A stretch of DNA of 51,564 nucleotides from Spartobacteria bacterium (lineage in GTDB: Bacteria > Verrucomicrobiota > Kiritimatiellia > RZYC01). Made by a program: the position numbers and the translations under genes. The notes beneath the pieces are model-generated. The model did not search any database and was not told the origin of the DNA. It saw only the letters and a list, made by a program, of their open reading frames with translations. Location: positions 1 through 51,564 of the forward strand of contig RZZM01000002.1 in assembly GCA_009929845.1 (NCBI GenBank), in the 5' to 3' direction. Shown piece by piece: positions 7,822 through 15,163 of the stretch. Within the stretch, counting starts at the first letter, position 1. Each line of letters begins with the position of its first letter.

Positions 7822-9249
7822 ATGAATGTGTTGCTCGTACAACCACCGGATGCGCAATATCCTGTAAAACCGTTACCGCTGACGGAAGAGGATATTTCTG
7901 TATTGTCGCCGCCGTGGGAACTGCTTTGTTTACGCACCTTCATATCCGGGCACACCCGCCACATCGCCACCCTGATTGACTGTCGCTTGTTTGCGGAAGT
8001 TGAGGCAGACTTGACCGCCGCCATCCACGCCGTGCCGGAGCCGCGCATGCTGGTGGTCAATACGGTCAGCCACGCGCTCGGACAGGCTGTGGCGGTACTG
8101 GCTATAGCCAAACGGCACTTCCCCGGCATGAAAACGGCCATATCGGGCGAATTCCCCTCCCAGTTCCCGGACCATGTGGCCGAAATGAGCTGGGTGGACT
8201 ACGCACTGGCCGGCGATCCCGAACCGATTATCCGCAACCTGCTTGATTACGAGGATGTGGAACAGCGCCTCAAGCGGACCCCCGGCCTGATCTTTGCACA
8301 ATCCGAGCACCACAAGCCCTACTGGCTGCCCCGCCTGCACGGACTCTCCGTGCCAGATTGGAAGGACATCCACTGGGGCGTCTACCAGGCCCAGTGCGCC
8401 CCGCGTCCGTTGCGCGTTCAAATGCGCATTTCGCGCGGCCACAGCCATGTCCCCGCCGACCGCGCCTACGGAGGGATCAATGAACCCTTGCGCCTCTGGC
8501 CGATGGACCGCCTTGCCGTCTCGCTCGATAAATGCGCCCATCAGGGCATTGCCGAAGTCGTCCTGACCGACCCGCCCGGCGTCTGGACCCCGCAGCATCT
8601 CGACGCCTGGTGCAGTGAACTTGCCCGCACAAACAACACACAGCCCTGGTGCCTCCAACTGCTGCCCACCATGCTCTCCGAGAACACCGTCGAACAGATG
8701 TCCTCCTCCGCCTGCAGCCGGGTGCATTTCATTTTTCCAACCTGCGAGCCCGCCCTGCTCATCAAGTATGGTTGTATCCTTGAGGCCCGGCACTTCAATG
8801 AGACCATCGACCAACTCTCACAGGCGGGCATTCGCGTCCATACCCACTTCTGGATGGGTGGGCCTGAGGAACGCAACAGCGAAAGCGCCCGCGTAATCCG
8901 CACCATGCGCAAAATCAATTATACCCCGGTAACCCTGCATCCCTACCCCTTCTCCATGGATTCCCCGCTCTTCCGTAAACTCGCCGATGAAAACGAGCTT
9001 CACCTCCTGGACACCTGGCTGCAATGGGCCCGTGATCCATGGATTGTCGAACGTCCAGTCCCCATCTGGAGCGGGAAAAAGGCTATCGCCCAACTTCAAC
9101 AGGACTTTGCCTCCGTCAAGAAAGCCCACGCCCGCAACCTTTCCCGCTGGCTGCATACCACCCTCTGCCACATCCGCGATACCGACTGGATTCGCACCCT
9201 CGAACAAAAAGCCGTTTCCATGCTCCCCACCACCCCCCCGCGGAATTAA
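7822..9249 (+). CDS. B12-binding/radical-SAM-superfamily-like protein lacking the CxxxCxxC cluster (function unknown)
   Basis: The overall layout resembles B12-binding-domain radical SAM enzymes: MNVLLVQPP..., VDYALAGDPEPIIRNLL, LHGLSVPDW. Where SRGCxxxCxFC is expected, the sequence is ISRGHSHVPADRAYGG. Confidence 0.75.
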   Translation: MNVLLVQPPDAQYPVKPLPLTEEDISVLSPPWELLCLRTFISGHTRHIATLIDCRLFAEVEADLTAAIHAVPEPRMLVVNTVSHALGQAVAVLAIAKRHFPGMKTAISGEFPSQFPDHVAEMSWVDYALAGDPEPIIRNLLDYEDVEQRLKRTPGLIFAQSEHHKPYWLPRLHGLSVPDWKDIHWGVYQAQCAPRPLRVQMRISRGHSHVPADRAYGGINEPLRLWPMDRLAVSLDKCAHQGIAEVVLTDPPGVWTPQHLDAWCSELARTNNTQPWCLQLLPTMLSENTVEQMSSSACSRVHFIFPTCEPALLIKYGCILEARHFNETIDQLSQAGIRVHTHFWMGGPEERNSESARVIRTMRKINYTPVTLHPYPFSMDSPLFRKLADENELHLLDTWLQWARDPWIVERPVPIWSGKKAIAQLQQDFASVKKAHARNLSRWLHTTLCHIRDTDWIRTLEQKAVSMLPTTPPRN

Positions 9250-9517
9250 CCTTGTCACACTCCGCATCAAAAAAAGGCATTCCGAAAATAGAGAAATGCG
9301 GAGCTGACTTTAAAAAGGCCATGTATGAAAACGCTGACCGGGTAATCCGCAAAATACCGCGGGAGTATCCGAAATAAGAGGCGTCAACACGCGCCCCTCC
9401 GAATTGCGCCGAAAAACAAGGCTTTTGGCATGTTATATGCTGCTAAATAAAAAGTCAAATCGCGCTAAATGTGGCGCAAAGGTGAACGCTGATTTGAAAT
9501 AGGAAAAGAGATTTAGT

Positions 9518-10282
9518 ATGACACGATCATGGATTTTGCTACTCTGTTTTCTATTCCCGGCAGTTGCCGCGGGAAACACAAACGTATTTCTCCATATTGT
9601 ATCACAACCGGATGGCACAAAAATTCTAACGTGGAATACCGATGCCGACGCTATGGCCTATGAGCTTGAGCAAACAGAGAACCTGCTTCAGCCGACATGG
9701 CGTCCTGTTGGCGTGGTTCGATACGGAGATGGTAACGAAAAGACATTCGTCCACCAGGCCGAAGACGACTGCCAATTTTTCCGTGTTCGCACCGAGCCAT
9801 TATTGGGATGGTATTCCATAGGTCATGTTGCCGGAAGCGAAATGAACTTGTTCGATTCATATGAGTGTCCGGATTCAAGTCATCTCACTCCGACTAGCGG
9901 AACTGAATGGGTGTGGTTGAATCCTGACTATTGGGTCTCCACTGGCGGAACTGCCCAAATCTGCTTCTCGTTCCCTTCGGAGCTACTCTTCCTTAACAAG
10001 GCAATCAAAATCACTGTGCTCGGCTACGATGATGGCCTGGGGTGGGCGGGATCGACGGGTGGCGGATCTGTGCGCGTCTATAACTGGATGAGTTTCTCAT
10101 ATGAGGCAATCGGTATAGTCGGACAGGATTGTGGGCTCCATGAGTCTTATCTCACCACCTACGTCAACGATTATATTCTGAACACTGGAGATGAGTGCTT
10201 TGTGGATATGTCTATTTACGCTGACGAAAGCGACAGCACACACATCATGTACGTTCAAGTGTCTTTGTATCTTGAGCCGTGA
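9518..10282 (+). CDS. secreted hypothetical protein with an N-terminal copy of the shared beta module
   Basis: An SD (GGAAAAGAG) lies upstream and the signal peptide reads MTRSWILLLCFLFPAVAAGN. Residues about 20-95 (ILTWNTDADAMAYELEQTENLLQPTWRPVG...CQFFRVRTEP) match the C-terminal module seen in three other proteins here. Confidence 0.75.
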   Translation: MTRSWILLLCFLFPAVAAGNTNVFLHIVSQPDGTKILTWNTDADAMAYELEQTENLLQPTWRPVGVVRYGDGNEKTFVHQAEDDCQFFRVRTEPLLGWYSIGHVAGSEMNLFDSYECPDSSHLTPTSGTEWVWLNPDYWVSTGGTAQICFSFPSELLFLNKAIKITVLGYDDGLGWAGSTGGGSVRVYNWMSFSYEAIGIVGQDCGLHESYLTTYVNDYILNTGDECFVDMSIYADESDSTHIMYVQVSLYLEP

Positions 10283-10384
10283 CTGACTCGCGTCGTATAT
10301 GCGTTTTGTCATCTTCAATTTGACATAACCCAACCTTTCTTCTAGTCTTGCCATGTGCAGTATGCATGAAAGGAGAGAGAGGAA

Positions 10385-11950
10385 ATGAAGAAGTCGGTCT
10401 GGTTGTTTACAGGATTGATGGCGGTCATGCAGGTCGTCGTGGGCGGAGAGCTGGCCTACGAGAATTTTGACCACTTTTTACTCGGGGCGATCAGCAACCA
10501 GTCGGGTTGGGGAAAGGTCGACTATATCCCCGAAGTCGGCCGGGCGCCGGCCCTGGTTTCGGACACACAGGCGTATTCCCCACACAACGCCCTTGAGCTC
10601 TCCTGGGGAAATCCGCTCCTGGGCCTGACCAACAGCATCGCCATCTACACCAACTTCACCGCGCTCTATACCGGTGTGGAAAACCCGGTGCTGCGCTGCG
10701 CATGTAAAATGTACATTGAAAGCCCCTACAAGAGAATAAGCGTCGCCGCTATTTCCGCCGACGACGATTTCGTGGGGTTCAGCGTGGACACAAACGGTCA
10801 CATTCACATTAATGAGGTGGATATCGGTGTGCCTGTTATCACCAACCGCTTTGTAGACACTGTCTTCTGGTACAACATGGCCAATCATCACCATGCCATG
10901 GAGTATGACTACAGGACGATTGTCCCATGGAACGGCCCTGACGCCGGGTCGATCACACAGTTCGAGTCCTTTGCCGTTGCCCGTACATTTGATAACGATA
11001 CCACGAAGGGCGGTGTTTTCTTCGACGACTTACATATCGAAACCTTTCCGCCCGACACCTGGGCCTGGTGGCGTTTCGGCGAGGAAAACGCGCAGCAGCG
11101 CGTTCGCGAATACCTGGGACGTTTCGACGCCACCAATGGTTGGGGACTGGCGGAGGCCCTGACCGAAACCGCGACCGATCCGGTGTACGCCGGCAGTGAC
11201 TATCGCAACACGCACAGTTGTGAATACCCAAGGTTCTATGCCCAACAGCTTACCATAGACGCCCCGCATGTCACCAACTGGACCGTCGAGGCCATCTTCC
11301 GCTTCCTGCCCGGCGCGCACAATGTCACCTTTCTCCACTGGGGCACAGGGAATGGCTTTTCGACAACCAGCTCCATGATCACCGTCTTCTGGATGGCCTC
11401 TTCGACCAATCTGGCCTGCACGCTTCGCGATGCGGAAGAAGTCACCAGCGGCACACACTACCTGGGAAATCTGGGGCAGGTGGAAGCGGACAATCGCTGG
11501 CGTCACGCCGCCTGGGTCAAGCAGGGAAGCTACCTGTTAACCTATGTCGACTACATCCAAACCTCATCCAATTACCTTAATGCCGCGGCAAGCGGCTCCT
11601 ACCTGTTCACCACCAATTCACACGCCTCCGTCGGATCCTCCCTGAACGACGGCAACACCGCATCGTCCTTCCATATCTTTGATGAAATCCGTTACTCGAC
11701 ACGGGCGCTTGAACCCGGCGATTTCCTCCAGTATGGCGAACCCATCCTGGATGCCGTCACCATCGATGGCCCTGACCTGGCCCTTGAGATGCACACCATT
11801 TCCGGCGAACTCTACCACGTGGAGACCACCATGAACCTCCTGGACGGCGCAAGCTGGAGCGAAATCACCCAGGCCACGGCCACCGGTCCTGTCTGGCGCA
11901 GCATCCTCCCCTTCACCAACACGCCCTTCTTCCGGGGAAAACGAAATTAG
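10385..11950 (+). CDS. secreted LamG/concanavalin-A-like domain protein
   Basis: A strong SD (AAAGGAGAGAGAGG) precedes the start and the signal peptide reads MKKSVWLFTGLMAVMQVVVG. A LamG_3-like segment is present (WTVEAIFRF...WRHAAWVKQGSYLLTYVDY...FDEIRYSTRAL). The C-terminal module ends in TPFFRGKRN. Confidence 0.85.
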   Translation: MKKSVWLFTGLMAVMQVVVGGELAYENFDHFLLGAISNQSGWGKVDYIPEVGRAPALVSDTQAYSPHNALELSWGNPLLGLTNSIAIYTNFTALYTGVENPVLRCACKMYIESPYKRISVAAISADDDFVGFSVDTNGHIHINEVDIGVPVITNRFVDTVFWYNMANHHHAMEYDYRTIVPWNGPDAGSITQFESFAVARTFDNDTTKGGVFFDDLHIETFPPDTWAWWRFGEENAQQRVREYLGRFDATNGWGLAEALTETATDPVYAGSDYRNTHSCEYPRFYAQQLTIDAPHVTNWTVEAIFRFLPGAHNVTFLHWGTGNGFSTTSSMITVFWMASSTNLACTLRDAEEVTSGTHYLGNLGQVEADNRWRHAAWVKQGSYLLTYVDYIQTSSNYLNAAASGSYLFTTNSHASVGSSLNDGNTASSFHIFDEIRYSTRALEPGDFLQYGEPILDAVTIDGPDLALEMHTISGELYHVETTMNLLDGASWSEITQATATGPVWRSILPFTNTPFFRGKRN

Positions 11951-12058
11951 TCATTATTGACAGGCAATTTTCGAACAAACTATTTCCTTCGTGTCTTGAT
12001 TTTCGTACATTCTCTCCATAGCATCAACCGTTATGCAATCCTCAACAAAGGAAAACGA

Positions 12059-13594
12059 ATGAACAAAAACAAAACGGCAATAACAGGAAGTTTTTTGCAA
12101 GAACTCAAACAATCATTTAATGACGCCCGGATCGTATTATTGCTTATCGCATTGCTTATGGCGCCCCTGATTTACCTGACTTTTAACAGGTTGTTTCAAG
12201 ATTTCGAAATTTCCGCAGTGGGTTACCAACACATGGATATGATTGATCAAATTCTGCAAGGGAAACCCGTTTATGCCCCTTTGTCCGTTGAATTTAGCGC
12301 AGTAACTTACACTCCGCTGTATTGGTATATGTGTGCGTTTGTATTCAAGCTTTTCGGCGCATCTTTTGTTGCTGCTCGATTTGTCAGTTTAATCGGAACC
12401 ATTATTTTTTTAGCAACAATTGCGGCATTTATCTGGAAAACCGCAGCCCGAAACCTGCTGCTGGCTGTTGTGGCGCCCTGCGTTATTCTGCTGACCGCCA
12501 CTGTTCCCGGCTATAATTGGTGGCCTACTGAAATTAATGTCAATGGCGTACATTTCGCTTTTGTAGCTCTTGGCTTTTACCTTTTACAATCTCCGCTTAC
12601 AGTCAGGAGAACTTTCTTTTCCGCCCTGTTTTTATGTTTAGCAACATTAACCAAGCAAACCGGAATGGCCTATGTATGTACCGCTGGTGTGTTGGTTCTT
12701 CTTTTATCCAGGAAATACGCTATACTTTACGCGTTTGTCTCATTGATTGTACTGCTGGGCGCATTTCTAGTTTTAAATATTTCAACGCACGGAGAATTCT
12801 ATCGGCAGGTTGTTACGAGCAACCAGGGGCCGCCTTGGCTACTGTCCCGGTTGTTTGACGAAGTAATCAAGGAAAATTTTTTTGGCCTCACAGGCGTCAT
12901 GGCCCTGCTTACCTACATACGCATAGCACTTGATTTGAAAAGGAAAGGCGGGTTTAAGAACCTGCTCCGCGCCGATTACTTTCTCTGCGCAACCGGGGTC
13001 ATTGTGGCCTGTATCGCACATCCTAAATACGGAAGCGGCCCCAACCATGATGTCATTGCGTTAACTGGTTTTGTGATCTGTGGCAGTATTGGGTTATATC
13101 AACTTACACAATTATTACCGCCTGAATTCCGACGAAGCCTTCTCATATCTGTTCCGTTGCTGCAACTGGCCGTGGCCGGGATCGCAACTATAAACAACTA
13201 TCCAAAGCTACTGATCGACTCGCACGACAGGATAAAGAATGACGAAATAGCCGCTGTGTTCAGCAAAGGTCAGACCTGTTTTTATGCGACCCCCTACATC
13301 GAGAAACATTTTGGACAATTAGCAGCAGGAACGGCTGACGATGAAGCCTGCAAGTGGAACAACGGACAACTGGACTACAGCTCCATACCTGATTTTCTCA
13401 GCACACCGTTCCGCCGACAGGCGTATGACTATGTGATCATTGGATCCTATCGCGATCCACAGCATCCGGTCATGAAAACAATTATGGAAAACTATCAAGT
13501 TATTCATAAATTACCGGCACACCCAATATATCCATGGTCAGAAAGCATGCGCCACGACTGCTATATCCTGGCCGCCAATCGCCTGCTGGATTGA
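12059..13594 (+). CDS. GT-C fold polyprenyl-phosphate-dependent glycosyltransferase (ArnT/PMT-like) integral membrane protein
   Basis: About 11-12 hydrophobic segments are visible. An N-terminal loop with YTPLYWYM is typical of the ArnT/GT39/GT83 type. The ATG at 12059 follows AAAGGAAAA. The gene is visibly more AT-rich than its neighbours. Confidence 0.75.
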   Translation: MNKNKTAITGSFLQELKQSFNDARIVLLLIALLMAPLIYLTFNRLFQDFEISAVGYQHMDMIDQILQGKPVYAPLSVEFSAVTYTPLYWYMCAFVFKLFGASFVAARFVSLIGTIIFLATIAAFIWKTAARNLLLAVVAPCVILLTATVPGYNWWPTEINVNGVHFAFVALGFYLLQSPLTVRRTFFSALFLCLATLTKQTGMAYVCTAGVLVLLLSRKYAILYAFVSLIVLLGAFLVLNISTHGEFYRQVVTSNQGPPWLLSRLFDEVIKENFFGLTGVMALLTYIRIALDLKRKGGFKNLLRADYFLCATGVIVACIAHPKYGSGPNHDVIALTGFVICGSIGLYQLTQLLPPEFRRSLLISVPLLQLAVAGIATINNYPKLLIDSHDRIKNDEIAAVFSKGQTCFYATPYIEKHFGQLAAGTADDEACKWNNGQLDYSSIPDFLSTPFRRQAYDYVIIGSYRDPQHPVMKTIMENYQVIHKLPAHPIYPWSESMRHDCYILAANRLLD

Positions 13595-13615
13595 CCGGTA
13601 GAGGCGCGAAGAAAC

Positions 13616-15073
13616 CTATTGTTTCGTGGTTTCGAGGGTCATGCCGACGTGACCGGCGATGGCTTCAATCCATCGCATTTCTTCGGAGGAGAAGGGGAGT
13701 TCGACGCGACGACCGACAAAATAGGCGCCGACGGCGCGTGTGCCAATGCAAATCGGGGCGACAGCGACAAATGAAAGCTTTAACTGTGTTATAAGGGCGG
13801 GATTGGTGATAATTGATCGTGATCCCACGGCGGCTTGCAGGGGTTTTTTAGCGGCCAGCGCCTCGGCAACCAGGGTATCGCCAGTCTTGAGACTGCATTT
13901 GAAGTCGTGTGAGTGGAGCATCACGCTCTGCCCTGCGTAGAGGCGTCCGAGCAACTGATCGCGTCCGGCATCAAGAAAGGCGGTGAAGACGCACACCGGC
14001 TGCAGGCAGCGGTAGATCGCCTCTTGTGCGATCATCAGGATATCGTTCAATCCGGCGTGCCGCTGTACCCCCATCATCAGTTCTGATAGAAAGTGTCCAA
14101 TCAAGGCGCCGGGTTCTTCCGCGCGGGGTTCCTCGCGCAGGACATTGCCTACGGTTACGCTGGTGGCAATTTCGGCGGTATCGACCTTTCCCCATGCGGC
14201 GATGCGCACCATCATTTCGATATCCTTGTAGGAGAGGTTGAAGAAGCGCTGCATATTGGAATCCGCGACACAGGCATCAATGATAAAGACTTCAAGGGAG
14301 ACGTCGTCATCCACAATTTCATGCATGGCTGCCTCGGCCTCCTGCATGTTTTTTTCGCCGGCGGGCAGATTGCCAAACAGCATATCGGCGATATGACTGC
14401 AAAGGCGGACAACGCGCTGGACAGCGCCGAACGTCCCGTCGGCGTCCCGCAGGGAGGTACGCAGGCTGTCGGGCAGGCGCCAGTAATCGGCAATGGCGTG
14501 GGTGATCTCGATATAGTTCATGCCGAAGACGCGACGGCATGCCTCGTTTGGCGAACAGGCATCCCGCTGCATCAGCTTTTCCATATCCTGGTATTGTTCT
14601 GGAAAACTGTTGGCCAGCAGCATGCGGGGAATCTGCTGGAGCAGGCCGCTGATAAAGGCCTCCTCCTGGTTGCCCTGCCCCGTTTTGCGCACCAGGGTCA
14701 TGGCCAGGGTTCCGGCGACATACGCGCAGGTGAAGAGGCGGTAGAGTTCCCGATTGCGCACGGTTTCGTATGACTGCCGGAAAATGGCCAGCCCGAGCGC
14801 CAGGGCCTGGATTTTTTCAAAGCCCAGGAAAATCACCGCGTTTGAAATCGTCTTGATCGGTTCTTTGGGGCGATAGGCGACGGAATTGGCGACGGAGAGG
14901 ACATTGGAGGTCAGGGCGGCGTCGCGCATGATGATGGCGGCCAAATCCGCCATGCGCGTTTCGTTGTCGTTTATCAGCGCGCACAGCGCACTGACATTGC
15001 GGTCCAGGGCCGGCAGATGCCCCTTGCGTTTCATCTCGGCGATCAGTTGCACTATATGCTTATCGACTGTCAT
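13616..15073 (-). CDS. HDOD domain protein with C-terminal GAF-like domain; HD dyad replaced by QQ
   Basis: The N-terminal HDOD pattern is LPALDRNVSALCALINDNETRMADLAAIIMRDAALTSNVLSVANS. The position equivalent to GLLHD(L/I)GK in the two other HDOD proteins reads GLLQQIPR (14633-14638). An AGGAG SD lies upstream of the ATG. Confidence 0.85.
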   Translation of the reverse strand: MTVDKHIVQLIAEMKRKGHLPALDRNVSALCALINDNETRMADLAAIIMRDAALTSNVLSVANSVAYRPKEPIKTISNAVIFLGFEKIQALALGLAIFRQSYETVRNRELYRLFTCAYVAGTLAMTLVRKTGQGNQEEAFISGLLQQIPRMLLANSFPEQYQDMEKLMQRDACSPNEACRRVFGMNYIEITHAIADYWRLPDSLRTSLRDADGTFGAVQRVVRLCSHIADMLFGNLPAGEKNMQEAEAAMHEIVDDDVSLEVFIIDACVADSNMQRFFNLSYKDIEMMVRIAAWGKVDTAEIATSVTVGNVLREEPRAEEPGALIGHFLSELMMGVQRHAGLNDILMIAQEAIYRCLQPVCVFTAFLDAGRDQLLGRLYAGQSVMLHSHDFKCSLKTGDTLVAEALAAKKPLQAAVGSRSIITNPALITQLKLSFVAVAPICIGTRAVGAYFVGRRVELPFSSEEMRWIEAIAGHVGMTLETTKQ

Positions 15074-15100
15074 GTATATACTCCTGGCACGGCCATAATT

Positions 15101-15158
15101 TTGCCGCGCAGTATAGGGTACATTGCGCGGATGTACGAACTGTTTTTCCTTTCCTCAC
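15101..15158 (-). promoter_or_regulatory. conserved promoter/operator-like element (copy A), upstream of the HDOD-GAF gene
   Basis: About 50 of 58 positions are identical to 25623-25681. The minus strand contains AGTTCGTACATCCGCGCAATGTACCCTATACTGCGCGGCAA, which includes a GTACAT-N7-ATGTAC dyad and a TATACT -10-like box. Confidence 0.5.
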
Positions 15159-15163
15159 GCGCC

